64,000 nucleotides of DNA from Burkholderiaceae bacterium. Lineage in GTDB: Bacteria; Pseudomonadota; Gammaproteobacteria; Burkholderiales; Burkholderiaceae_C. Under the pieces are notes generated by a model. The model worked only from the letters and a program-made list of their open reading frames with translations, ran no database searches and had not been told where the DNA came from. Below are positions 18,244 to 27,872 of the stretch, piece by piece. The stretch's first letter is position 1, and the number at the start of each line of letters is the position of its first letter. Location: positions 3,742 to 67,741 of the forward strand of contig JBJXED010000039.1 in NCBI GenBank assembly GCA_046155225.1. Direction: 5' to 3'. The position numbers were made by a program, and so were the translations under genes.

Positions 18244-18471
18244 CTATGGCGACCGGTGCAAGCGGGGCGCTGACAAAGCGCTGATATTGTCTGAAATTGC
18301 GGCATTCACGCCAGGAAAACGCGTCTCCAGCTTCGCCAGCAGCAGGGCGGTGTGCAAGGCTTTCAAATCTTTGACGCTCGGCGCGACTTTGATCTGCGCA
18401 ATAGCGGCTGCGGCATTACCGCTCTTGACAAGCGCAAGCACTTTGCTGGCCCAGTCGTGCGGTTGTGCCAT
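18244..18471 (-). CDS. Small hypothetical protein (75 aa)
   Basis: ATG ORF packed 8 nt after the transglutaminase-like gene and 2 nt before the helicase ORF. Host-like codon usage, helical-looking, no family recognised. Confidence 0.45.
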   Translation of the reverse strand: MAQPHDWASKVLALVKSGNAAAAIAQIKVAPSVKDLKALHTALLLAKLETRFPGVNAAISDNISALSAPRLHRSP

Positions 18472-18479
18472 GCAGCTCT

Positions 18480-19388
18480 TCAGGCCAAACGCGGTGCAAT
18501 ACCGTCGTCGGTGGACAAGGCGTCGCTGCAGAGGGTCGGAAAGCGCAGCGTGCCGTCGATGCCTGGCACAGCGTGAATTTGCAGCGACATGTGCTGCATG
18601 TCGACACCGCCAAAGATCGAGGCAAAGGCGGCGTCGGCGGCGTCGCGGCCGGTGGCCAGGCGGATAAAACCCATGGGGATCGCCGTGCCGGAAGGGTCGA
18701 ACAGGTACCAGCGGTGACCGACATACGCTTCCACATAGGCGTGAAAATCTTGCGGTCCGAGAGCCGGATCAGCACCGTAGTCAATGCCGGTGGTAAAGCG
18801 CGCCGGGATGTTCACGGCGCGGCACAGGGCAATCATCAGGTGCGCAAAATCGCGGCAGACGCCCCGCTTTTCAATCAAGGTATCGCAAGCCGAGGTGGTG
18901 CCACTGGTGCTGTTGGAGGTGAATTGCACATGGCTTTGCACCCAGTCTTGAATCGCTTGCACGCGGCTGTAGCCCTGCCACATTGAACCGAATTGCGCCA
19001 TGGCAAAGTGGTTCAGCCGGTCGGACTCGCAGTAGCGGCTGGGGTAGAGGTAAGGCAGTACATGGCCTGGCAGATCAGGAATCCACACTTCCACCAACGC
19101 ACCGGGCTCGGCCCGGTAATGCGTAATGTCCAACAGCGCGTCGTAATGCAGGTGCAGTGTGCCGGGATACGCGCGCAGGCGCAGATGGCGGGTGGCCGTG
19201 GCGGGATCGGTGTAGGCCTGCAGCGGCAGGTCTTGGCTCAGCGTGAGTTGCTCACTCTGCAGCAACTGGTGGTGGGTGCGCGCGGCCTGTACATTGAAGA
19301 TGAAATCGGTGCCGGCGGTGCGTACGGCATATTCAATATCGACCGAATATTGCAGCCGCAGCGGTAGATTTGGGGTGGGCTGCAGCAT
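18480..19388 (-). CDS. Transglutaminase-like cysteine protease superfamily protein
   Basis: Core GVCRDFAHLMIALCRAVNIPAR (Cys) ... DFHAYVEAYVGHRWYLFDPS (His, Asp). Confidence 0.85.
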   Translation of the reverse strand: MLQPTPNLPLRLQYSVDIEYAVRTAGTDFIFNVQAARTHHQLLQSEQLTLSQDLPLQAYTDPATATRHLRLRAYPGTLHLHYDALLDITHYRAEPGALVEVWIPDLPGHVLPYLYPSRYCESDRLNHFAMAQFGSMWQGYSRVQAIQDWVQSHVQFTSNSTSGTTSACDTLIEKRGVCRDFAHLMIALCRAVNIPARFTTGIDYGADPALGPQDFHAYVEAYVGHRWYLFDPSGTAIPMGFIRLATGRDAADAAFASIFGGVDMQHMSLQIHAVPGIDGTLRFPTLCSDALSTDDGIAPRLA

Positions 19389-19486
19389 GGTTTCATGCTA
19401 GCACGCACGCCGCGCAAGTGTCACCGTGGCGGCAGAAACGGAGGGCTGGCAGGGGTACAGTTTGCAGTCTATCTACAGGAGACAAC

Positions 19487-20128
19487 ATGCTCGTACTTTG
19501 CGGCTCGCCCATTTCCAATTACTACAACAAAGTCAAACACGCCTTGCTGGAAAAAGGTCTGGCGTTTACCGAAGAGGTGGTCATGACCAAAAGCCAGGAC
19601 CCCGCCGTGCTGGCGGCCTCGCCCTTGGCCAAGATACCGTTTATCCGAACGCCGCAGGGCAATCTGTGCGAGAGCCAGACAATTTTGGAATACCTTGAAG
19701 CTGCGTTTCCCAATCCTGCGTTGCTGCCTGCTGACCCGTTCGAAGCCGCCAAGGTGCGTGAATTGATCGCCTTTATCGACCTGCACTTGGAGATGGTGGC
19801 ACGCGATTTATACCCCTTGGCTTTTTTTGGCGGCACGGTTGACGACGCGACCCAGGCCAGGGTTAGGCGGAAATTGAGCAAACACATTGCAGGCTTTCAG
19901 CAACTGGCGCGCTTTTCCCCGTTTGTTGCGGGCGAAACATTTACACAGGCCGATTGCGCGGCATTTTCTAGCTTGCCGCTGGTGGGTATGGCGACCAAGG
20001 CGGTGTACGGCGAAGATTTGTTGCTCAGCGCCGGGCTGAACTACAAGCCCTACCTTAAATTCATAGGCGAGCGGCCCAGTTCGCAAATCATCGTGGCTGA
20101 TCGCAAGTTGGCGCAAAGCCGGTTTTGA
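19487..20128 (+). CDS. Glutathione S-transferase family protein
   Basis: From ATG after AGGAG: MLVLCGSPISNYYNKVKHALLEKG ... PLAKIPFI...ESQTILEYLE, a thioredoxin-like N-domain plus helical C-domain. Confidence 0.85.
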   Translation: MLVLCGSPISNYYNKVKHALLEKGLAFTEEVVMTKSQDPAVLAASPLAKIPFIRTPQGNLCESQTILEYLEAAFPNPALLPADPFEAAKVRELIAFIDLHLEMVARDLYPLAFFGGTVDDATQARVRRKLSKHIAGFQQLARFSPFVAGETFTQADCAAFSSLPLVGMATKAVYGEDLLLSAGLNYKPYLKFIGERPSSQIIVADRKLAQSRF

Positions 20129-20312
20129 GTTCCGAGAACAAGCCACGTGCTAAACTTCGCAGGCTTTGCTGCTGTCATCACAACGAATTGCAGCCAAAGA
20201 TTTTTTAACCATCCGCGAACCCGTTCAAACAAGGTGTTGCACAAATTCTCTGCAAAAGCAGATTTTGGCAAAACGAGCGGGTTTTAGACCCAACCTTTTG
20301 GAGTTAATTGCT

Positions 20313-21065
20313 ATGTCAGTCACCATGCGTGAAATGCTGGAAGCCGGCGTCCATTTTGGACACCAGACCCGCTTCTGGAACCCGAAGATGGCTCCGTTTA
20401 TCTTCGGCCATCGCAACAAAATTCACATCATCAATCTGGAAAAGTCGTTGCCGATGTTCCAGGACGCACTCAAGTTTGTGCGCCAGCTGTCGGCGAACCG
20501 CGGCACAATTTTGATGGTTGGTACCAAGCGCCAGGCGCGTGAAACACTGGCAGCAGAAGCCCAGCGCGCGGGCGTGCCGTTTGTTGACCAGCGCTGGTTA
20601 GGCGGCATGCTCACCAATTTCAAAACCGTCAAAACATCGATCAAGCGCTTGAAGGACATGAAAATCCAGAAAGAGGCGGGGCTTGATGCGATGAGTAAAA
20701 AAGAGCAGCTGACGTTTGACCGCGAGCTCGATAAACTGGAAAAAGACATTGGCGGCATACAGGACATGACGGCTTTGCCAGATGCCATTTTTGTGATTGA
20801 CGTGGGTTTTCACAAAATTGCCATTGCAGAAGCACAAAAACTTGGCATTCCGTTGATTGGCGTGGTCGATTCAAACCATTCACCGATTGGCATTGACTAC
20901 GTGATCCCTGGCAATGACGATTCTTCCAAGGCCGTGGTGCTGTATGCACGTGGCGTAGCCGATGCCATTCTGGAAGGACGTGCCAATGCCATGAATGAAG
21001 TCGTCAAAATTGCTGCTCCGGAGACGGACGACGAATATCTGGAAGTGGAAGAGGCCAAGGCCTGA
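20313..21065 (+). CDS. rpsB: 30S ribosomal protein S2
   Basis: [32 protein letters not shown]. Confidence 0.96.
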   Translation: MSVTMREMLEAGVHFGHQTRFWNPKMAPFIFGHRNKIHIINLEKSLPMFQDALKFVRQLSANRGTILMVGTKRQARETLAAEAQRAGVPFVDQRWLGGMLTNFKTVKTSIKRLKDMKIQKEAGLDAMSKKEQLTFDRELDKLEKDIGGIQDMTALPDAIFVIDVGFHKIAIAEAQKLGIPLIGVVDSNHSPIGIDYVIPGNDDSSKAVVLYARGVADAILEGRANAMNEVVKIAAPETDDEYLEVEEAKA

Positions 21066-21082
21066 AGCCCTGAGAAACTCTA

Positions 21083-21110
21083 AAAAGGGGCTTCTGTGCC
21101 CCTTTTTTTT
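21083..21110 (+). terminator. Terminator or attenuator between rpsB and tsf
   Basis: AAAAAGGGGC-TTCTGT-GCCCCTTTTTTTT. Confidence 0.7.
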
Positions 21111-21153
21111 AGCTTGCATTTTTAAACTGAACTGTTGACGGAGATTAATTCAA

Positions 21154-22077
21154 ATGGCTGCAATAACCGCAAGCTTGGTCGCTGAATTGCGCGGCAAGAC
21201 CGACGCTCCCATGATGGAGTGCAAAAAGGCGCTGACCGAAGCCGATGGTGACATGGTGAAGGCCGAAGAGCTGCTCCGTGTGAAGTTGGGCAGCAAAGCT
21301 GGCAAAGCCTCTTCGCGTATCACTGCCGAGGGCGTTGTAATGGCGTCGATTGCCGGGCAATCCGGCGCTTTGATTGAAGTCAACTGCGAAACTGACTTCG
21401 TCACCAAGAACGACAGCTTTTTGGCGTTGGCGCAAGTTGCCGCGGACTTGGTGGCGCAGCACAACCCGGCAGATGTCGCTGCCCTGAGTGCCTTGCCTTA
21501 CAGTCAAGATGGTTTCGGCCCGACGCTGGAAGATGTGCGCAAGGGCTTGATCGGCAAGATTGGTGAGAACATGAGTTTTCGCCGTTTCAAGCGATTTGAC
21601 TCGGGTGCGATGCTCGCCTCTTACCTGCATGGCACGCGCATTGGCGTGGTGGTGGAGTTTGAGGGGGATGCCGCTGCTGCCAAAGATGTCGCCATGCATG
21701 TCGCGGCCATGAAGCCGGTCTCGCTCTCTAGTGCCGAAGTGCCCGCAGAATTGGTCGCACGTGAGCGTTCGGTGGCGGCAGCCAAGGCGGCTGAGGATGC
21801 AGCGGTTGCGCTGGCAGCAGGCAAGCCCGTGCAGTCCGATGAAATTGTGGCCAAGCGGGTTGAGGGCGGCGTGCAAAAATTCCTCAAGGAAGTGTCCTTG
21901 TTTAACCAGGCTTTTGTCAAAAATGACAAGCTGACCGTAGAGCAAATGCTCAAAGCCGCAGGCACCACTGTGAAAGGCTTTACTTTGTACGTGGTCGGCG
22001 AGGGGATTGAAAAGAAGGTTGATGATTTCGCTGCTGAAGTGGCGGCGCAAGTTGCGGCCGCCAAGGCGACCACTTGA
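21154..22077 (+). CDS. tsf: Elongation factor Ts
   Basis: [42 protein letters not shown]. Confidence 0.96.
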   Translation: MAAITASLVAELRGKTDAPMMECKKALTEADGDMVKAEELLRVKLGSKAGKASSRITAEGVVMASIAGQSGALIEVNCETDFVTKNDSFLALAQVAADLVAQHNPADVAALSALPYSQDGFGPTLEDVRKGLIGKIGENMSFRRFKRFDSGAMLASYLHGTRIGVVVEFEGDAAAAKDVAMHVAAMKPVSLSSAEVPAELVARERSVAAAKAAEDAAVALAAGKPVQSDEIVAKRVEGGVQKFLKEVSLFNQAFVKNDKLTVEQMLKAAGTTVKGFTLYVVGEGIEKKVDDFAAEVAAQVAAAKATT

Positions 22078-22140
22078 TTGGCTTAACAACGGATGCGTTT
22101 GGCCGAAGGATTTTGATTGCTTTTTGTCCGGAGTCATGTC

Positions 22141-22863
22141 ATGTTTGATGCCCCACCCGCTCACAAACGCATTTTGTTGAAGTTGTCGGGCGAGGCCTTG
22201 ATGGGCAATGATGCGTTCGGCATCAACCGTGCCACCATTGTTCGGATGGTCGAGGAAATTGCCGAAGTCACCCGTTTGGGGGTGGAGGTTGCGGTGGTAA
22301 TTGGCGGGGGCAATATTTTCCGCGGTGTGGCGGGCGGCTCTGTTGGCATGGACCGTGCCACCGCCGACTATATGGGCATGCTGGCCACAGTCATGAATGC
22401 ACTGGCCCTTGCTGACACCATGAATAAGGCGGGCTTGGTCGCGCGCGTGATGTCGGCGATTGCAATTGAGCAGGTTGTGGAACCCTATGTCCGGCCCAAA
22501 GCGTTGCAATACCTAGAAGAAGGTAAAGTGGTTATTTTTGCAGCGGGTACGGGCAATCCGTTTTTCACCACCGATACGGCAGCGGCATTGCGCGGTGCTG
22601 AAATGGGCGTTGAAGTGGTGCTCAAGGCCACCAAAGTCGATGGCGTCTACAGCGCCGACCCGCAAAAAGACCCCAGTGCAACACGCTACCAGCAAATTTC
22701 ATTTGACCAGGCCATGGCGCAAAATCTGGGCATTATGGACGCCACCGCGTTTGCCTTGTGCCGTGACCAGAAGCTGCCCATCAAGGTTTTTTCCATCTTC
22801 AAGCACGGTGCCTTGCGCCGGGTGGTGATGGGTCAAGATGAGGGCACCCTGGTTCATGCTTGA
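22141..22863 (+). CDS. pyrH: UMP kinase
   Basis: [14 protein letters not shown] ... [11 protein letters not shown] ... [20 protein letters not shown]. Confidence 0.95.
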   Translation: MFDAPPAHKRILLKLSGEALMGNDAFGINRATIVRMVEEIAEVTRLGVEVAVVIGGGNIFRGVAGGSVGMDRATADYMGMLATVMNALALADTMNKAGLVARVMSAIAIEQVVEPYVRPKALQYLEEGKVVIFAAGTGNPFFTTDTAAALRGAEMGVEVVLKATKVDGVYSADPQKDPSATRYQQISFDQAMAQNLGIMDATAFALCRDQKLPIKVFSIFKHGALRRVVMGQDEGTLVHA

Positions 22864-22903
22864 AACAGGATCGGTTTGTTTGGAATGGACAGAGGAGAAG
22901 ATC

Positions 22904-23464
22904 GTGGCAATCGAAGAAATCAAAAGCAGTGTCGATGTCAAGATGAACCAGTCGATTGCGGCTTTCAAGAACAACTTGGCGAAAATCCGCACCGGGCGGG
23001 CGAACCCAGCTTTGCTGGACAGTGTGCAAGTGGACTATTACGGCTCCAGCATGCCCATCAGTCAAGTGGCCAATGTTTCTTTGCTCGACGCCAGAACCAT
23101 CAGCATCCAGCCTTGGGAAAAAGGTATGGGTGCCAAGATTGAAAAAGCCATTCGAGAAAGTGATCTGGGTTTGAACCCCTCGTCCATGGGGGATCTGATT
23201 CGCGTGCCCATGCCCATGATGTCGGAAGAGCGCCGCAAAGAACTGACCAAACTCGTTAAAAGTGAAGGTGAGAACGCCAGAGTGGCGGTGCGCAACCTGC
23301 GCCGTGACGCAAATGAAGCTGTGAAAAAAATGGTCAAGGACAAATTGGCTTCTGAAGACGATCAAAAGCGCGCAGAGGTGGATATTCAACGGGTTACAGA
23401 CCGCCATATTGCCGAAGTGGAGCAGTTGGTTGCGGCCAAAGAGCAAGAAATCATGGCGGTTTGA
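22904..23464 (+). CDS. frr: Ribosome recycling factor
   Basis: GTG start after GGAGAAG gives about 186 aa. ...[27 protein letters not shown] ... EERRKELTK. Confidence 0.9.
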   Translation: MAIEEIKSSVDVKMNQSIAAFKNNLAKIRTGRANPALLDSVQVDYYGSSMPISQVANVSLLDARTISIQPWEKGMGAKIEKAIRESDLGLNPSSMGDLIRVPMPMMSEERRKELTKLVKSEGENARVAVRNLRRDANEAVKKMVKDKLASEDDQKRAEVDIQRVTDRHIAEVEQLVAAKEQEIMAV

Positions 23465-23544
23465 CTGAAATGAATCCTTTATGGACAACCATGCATTCAT
23501 TGGGTGCGGAGTTTGATTCCGCGAGTTCCGTAGAAGAAGTCAGG

Positions 23545-24294
23545 ATGCCTATAACCATTCGGCATATTGCCATCGTTATGGATGGCAACGGCCGCTGGGC
23601 TACACGGCGCTCTTTGCCGCGCATGGCTGGGCACAAACAGGGCATTGAATCGCTGCGCCGCTGCGTCAAAGCCTGCGTCAAGCGCGGCATTCAGGTTTTG
23701 ACTGTATTTGCGTTCTCCTCGGAAAACTGGCAACGGCCTGCTGCAGAAGTCTCTGGCTTGATGGAGTTGCTGCTGCTGGCTCTGGGCCGAGAAGTACCGC
23801 AAATGGAGCGAGATGGTGTCCGCCTGTGTTTTGTAGGTTCGCTATCGGGCTTGTCATCCAGGGTGACGAAAGGCTTGCTTCATGCGCAGCAGCAAACAGC
23901 ACACAATACCAAGCTAGTCCTGAATGTTTGTTTCAACTATGGCGGACGTTGGGACATTGCGCAAGCTGCAGCCCGGCTTATGTCGCAAGGATTGGCCGTG
24001 ACTGAAGACGCCCTCAGCGGTGCCATGGCGTTATCTCATGTGCCCGACCCGGATTTAATCATTCGCACGGGTGGTGAACAGCGATTGAGTAACTTCCTGC
24101 TTTGGCAGGCAGCTTATGCAGAGCTGTACTTCAGTGATAAATTCTGGCCTGAGTTTGACGAATTCGCGCTGGATGAGGCCATTACCGCGTTCTACCAACG
24201 AGAGCGCAGGTTTGGTCAAACATCTTCTCAAGTGGGCGATGCTTGTGAAGATGCGGGCACTTTGTATGCGCGATCGCAGCGTCAAGTGGCCTAA
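23545..24294 (+). CDS. uppS: Undecaprenyl diphosphate synthase
   Basis: RHIAIVMDGNGRWA, FAFSSENWQRP, and IRTGGEQRLSNFLLWQAAYAELYF. The start could also be ATG 23491. Confidence 0.87.
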   Translation: MPITIRHIAIVMDGNGRWATRRSLPRMAGHKQGIESLRRCVKACVKRGIQVLTVFAFSSENWQRPAAEVSGLMELLLLALGREVPQMERDGVRLCFVGSLSGLSSRVTKGLLHAQQQTAHNTKLVLNVCFNYGGRWDIAQAAARLMSQGLAVTEDALSGAMALSHVPDPDLIIRTGGEQRLSNFLLWQAAYAELYFSDKFWPEFDEFALDEAITAFYQRERRFGQTSSQVGDACEDAGTLYARSQRQVA

Positions 24295-24319
24295 CAACAA
24301 AGCGTAACCACCGAACGCC

Positions 24320-25174
24320 ATGCTGAAGCAAAGAATAGTGACCGCATTGGCGTTGTTGGCAGTGCTCATCCCCGCGTTGCTGTACCCTTCTCCCACGCCT
24401 TTTTTAAGCATTGCCTTGTTGCTCATGACGGCAGGCGCTTGGGAGTGGGGGCGACTCAATGGCTTGACCCACTTCAAGTCCTTGGCCTCAGCGCTTGCAT
24501 GCAGTGTGATCTGTCTGGGCGGCTGGGTTTTGGATGGGCCTATGCTGCAGACACCTTGGCTTTGGATTTTGGGTGGCTTGGCCTGGACTTGCGCATGCAT
24601 CGGAATCTTAGTTGCGGGTCCATCATCATGGCAGCGGATACCTCTGTGGGTGCGAATGTTTTGGGGTATGGTCAGCTTGAGTTTGGCTTGGTTGGCGTTG
24701 GCCCAGGCACGCGTTATTGGCGCCAACTTTCTGCTTTCCATTTTGCTGCTGGTGTGGGCCGCTGATATTTTTGCCTACTTTGTTGGCCGAGCCATGGGAG
24801 GGCGTATTTTTAAGCGCCGTTTGGCCCCCTCTATCAGCCCCGGCAAGAGTTGGGAGGGGGTTTTAGGCGGTGCGCTTGGCGTTATTTGCGTAGCATTTAT
24901 TTGGACATGGCTTGACGGACTATGGGCGGCAACGACGGTCAGCTTGTACACGCGCTTATTCGCCCATGGCAGCGGGATTTTGCTATTCGCGCTGGTGTAC
25001 CTCATCGCGATGAGCGTGATGGGAGACTTGGTTGAGTCTCTGATCAAGCGCAGTGCCGGCGTGAAAGACAGCAGCAACTTGTTGCCCGGACATGGCGGCG
25101 TGCTGGACCGTGTTGACGCCATGTTGCCTGTTTTGCCGTTGGCCATGATGTGGCACTCGGTACTGGTTCCATGA
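24320..25174 (+). CDS. cdsA: Phosphatidate cytidylyltransferase
   Basis: Polytopic membrane protein with the signature SLIKRSAGVKDSSNLLPGHGGVLDRVD. Confidence 0.92.
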   Translation: MLKQRIVTALALLAVLIPALLYPSPTPFLSIALLLMTAGAWEWGRLNGLTHFKSLASALACSVICLGGWVLDGPMLQTPWLWILGGLAWTCACIGILVAGPSSWQRIPLWVRMFWGMVSLSLAWLALAQARVIGANFLLSILLLVWAADIFAYFVGRAMGGRIFKRRLAPSISPGKSWEGVLGGALGVICVAFIWTWLDGLWAATTVSLYTRLFAHGSGILLFALVYLIAMSVMGDLVESLIKRSAGVKDSSNLLPGHGGVLDRVDAMLPVLPLAMMWHSVLVP

Positions 25175-26376
25175 AGACCCCCGCAGCCAGGCAGCGCGTT
25201 GCCATATTGGGATCCACCGGCTCCATCGGGTGCAGCACTCTGGATGTGATTGGGCGCCATCCGGACCGTTTTGAGGTATTCGCACTGACCGCAGCGCGTC
25301 AAGTTGATTTGCTGTTCCGTCAATGTGTGCAGTTCCAGCCGCAGTTTGCTGTTATGGCACACGAGGCCAGTGGCCTGGCTCTGGCGGACAAAATCAAATT
25401 TAACCAACTGAAAACTCAGGTGCTATGGGGTACTGCAGCAATAGAAAATATTGCTCGCCACGAACAGGTGGACACGGTGATGGCCGCGATCGTTGGTGCA
25501 GCGGGATTGGCCCCATGCTTGTCCGCCGCGCGTGCTGGCAAGCGTTTGCTACTGGCCAACAAGGAAGCGCTGGTTGTGGGCGGAGCGGTATTCTTGGCGG
25601 CGGTGAAACAGGGTGCGGCCACTTTATTGCCTATTGACAGCGAGCATTCGGCTATTTTCCAGTCACTGCCGGAAAGCGCCGCAACCTGGCCTGCAAGGGT
25701 AGAGAAAATTATTTTGACTGCTTCGGGGGGGCCATTCCGGACATTCGAGTTGCAGCGCCTACGTGATGTCACACCTGAGCAAGCTTGTGCCCATCCGAAT
25801 TGGGTCATGGGTAAAAAAATATCGGTTGACTCAGCCACGATGATGAACAAGGCGCTGGAGGTAATTGAAGCGCACTATTTATTTGGCTTGAGTCCTGAGC
25901 AATTGGAGGTGGTAATTCACCCGCAAAGCATCGTGCACTCGATGGTGCAATATAAAGATGCTTCGATCGTCGCGCAGATGGGAACACCCGATATGCGGGT
26001 TCCGATTGCTTACGGCTTGTCGTGGCCGGAGCGAATGGTTTCGGGCGCAAAGGCATTGGACTTCCATAACCTTCCAAGCATGACATTTGAGGCCATTCAA
26101 GGCCATGGGCACCCAGCCAGGTTCCCGGGGTTGGCCTTGGCCTGGCAGGCATTGCAGGCTGTACCGGGTACAGCGGTGGTCTTGAATGCGGCGAATGAAG
26201 TGGCTGTGCAGGCTTTTCTTGACGGACGCATACGGTTTGATCAAATTCATTGCGTGAATCTTGAAACCCTGCATGCGGTTGCAGTCTCTGCACCCAGTTC
26301 CCTAGATGATTTGTTGATAATCGATGCCCAGTCGCGTGAGTCTGCAGAACAAGCAACCCGCAAGCTGAAAAAATGA
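25171..26376 (+). CDS. dxr: 1-deoxy-D-xylulose-5-phosphate reductoisomerase
   Basis: VAILGSTGSIGCSTLDV, LANKEALV, and DSEHSAIFQ. ATGA overlap with the cdsA stop. Confidence 0.95.
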   Translation: MKTPAARQRVAILGSTGSIGCSTLDVIGRHPDRFEVFALTAARQVDLLFRQCVQFQPQFAVMAHEASGLALADKIKFNQLKTQVLWGTAAIENIARHEQVDTVMAAIVGAAGLAPCLSAARAGKRLLLANKEALVVGGAVFLAAVKQGAATLLPIDSEHSAIFQSLPESAATWPARVEKIILTASGGPFRTFELQRLRDVTPEQACAHPNWVMGKKISVDSATMMNKALEVIEAHYLFGLSPEQLEVVIHPQSIVHSMVQYKDASIVAQMGTPDMRVPIAYGLSWPERMVSGAKALDFHNLPSMTFEAIQGHGHPARFPGLALAWQALQAVPGTAVVLNAANEVAVQAFLDGRIRFDQIHCVNLETLHAVAVSAPSSLDDLLIIDAQSRESAEQATRKLKK

Positions 26377-26433
26377 TCCGAAGCCTCCTGCACCTATCTG
26401 TAAGTTGAGCGCCGACCATTCGCAAGGAAGATT

Positions 26434-27828
26434 ATGTTGACGATTGTTGCGTTCATTGCCGCGCTCGGCTTGCTAATCGCTGTGCACGAGTACGGGCATT
26501 ATCGCGTCGCACTGGCTTGCGGTGTCAAGGTCCTGCGGTTCTCCATTGGTTTCGGCAAAACCATTTATCGCTGGCAACCCAAGAAGCAAAAACCGGGGCA
26601 GGCTACGGAATTTGTTATTGGTCTGTTCCCGCTCGGAGGGTATGTGAAGATGCTTGACGAGCGTGAGGGTCCAGTAGCAGCTCATGAGCGCCATTTGGCT
26701 TTCAATGCCCAATCTTTGAAGGCGCGCGCTGCCATTGTGGCGGCTGGGCCTTTGGCCAATTTGTTGTTGGCAGTGCTAATTTATGCTTCGGTGAACTGGT
26801 ATGGCGTACAGGAGCCAAAGGCTATCTTGGCGAGCCCACCAGCGGGATCGATTGCAGCCCAAGCTGGGCTTGTTGGCGGAGAAAGCGTATTGACGGTGGC
26901 TTTTGATGGCGAGTCGCTGCACAACGTTGCATCTTTTGAGAAATTGCGCTGGAAGCTCACTCAGGCGGCTTTGGCGGGCAAAGATATTCGCCTGGAAATT
27001 GCAGCGGCTTCAAATGGTCCGACGCGTTCTGTGGTGCTGGAACTCAGCCGACTTGAAACCAAAGATGCCGATGCCAGCCTGTTTCGTCAAATCGGCATTG
27101 TGGGTCCATGGACTCGGCCTGAAATTGGTGAGTTGGTGCAAGGTGGCGCAGCGCAGCGCTATGGCTTGACGAAAGGTGATTGGGTCAAACAAGTCGGCAA
27201 CGTACGCGTCAGCGATGGGCAGCAGTTGCGTGAATTGATACGTACTTCTGCGCTTGCACAAACCGCCACCGCCGGACCTGGCTTGGCTGCAACGCAAATT
27301 TGGCAAATTGAGCGCAGTGGCAAGCTGATGGAGCTGGCCCTGCAACCAGATTTTGTCCATGAAGGCGCAAATAAAGTCGGCCGTATTGGCGCTTATGTGG
27401 GTGCAGCGCCTGAATTTTTAACTGTACGTCATGACTTGGTTGAGGGCTTGTGGTTGGGTGCTGTGCGCACTTGGGAGGTGTCTGTGCTGACACTAAAAAT
27501 GATGGGCAAGATGCTGACTGGTGAGGCATCCCTGAAAAATTTGAGTGGCCCATTAACCATTGCTGACTACGCCGGCAAGTCGGCGAGTTTGGGGATGACG
27601 CAATACTTGCTGTTTTTGGCGTTGATCAGCGTCAGTTTGGGTGTGCTGAACTTGCTGCCATTGCCTGTTTTGGATGGTGGACACCTGATGTATTATCTTT
27701 GGGAGGGAATCACGGGGAAAAGTCTGTCCGACGCTTGGATGGAGCGTTTTCAACGCGGCGGCATAGCTGTGCTTTTTCTGATGATGTCGGTGGCTCTTTT
27801 CAATGATGTCAACCGGCTTCTGGGTTAA
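26434..27828 (+). CDS. rseP: RIP zinc metalloprotease RseP
   Basis: HEYGH near the N-terminus, a central PDZ-like region, and C-terminal NLLPLPVLDGGH. Confidence 0.92.
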   Translation: MLTIVAFIAALGLLIAVHEYGHYRVALACGVKVLRFSIGFGKTIYRWQPKKQKPGQATEFVIGLFPLGGYVKMLDEREGPVAAHERHLAFNAQSLKARAAIVAAGPLANLLLAVLIYASVNWYGVQEPKAILASPPAGSIAAQAGLVGGESVLTVAFDGESLHNVASFEKLRWKLTQAALAGKDIRLEIAAASNGPTRSVVLELSRLETKDADASLFRQIGIVGPWTRPEIGELVQGGAAQRYGLTKGDWVKQVGNVRVSDGQQLRELIRTSALAQTATAGPGLAATQIWQIERSGKLMELALQPDFVHEGANKVGRIGAYVGAAPEFLTVRHDLVEGLWLGAVRTWEVSVLTLKMMGKMLTGEASLKNLSGPLTIADYAGKSASLGMTQYLLFLALISVSLGVLNLLPLPVLDGGHLMYYLWEGITGKSLSDAWMERFQRGGIAVLFLMMSVALFNDVNRLLG

Positions 27829-27872
27829 TTTATGCTTGCTGTTGCTCTGCACACCAAGCCATCGCTCTACAC

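Noticed and set aside
21145-22509. 454-aa ORF antisense to tsf and pyrH
   Set aside because: It spans two genes and an intergenic gap on the opposite strand, has low-complexity composition, and shows no start-site support.
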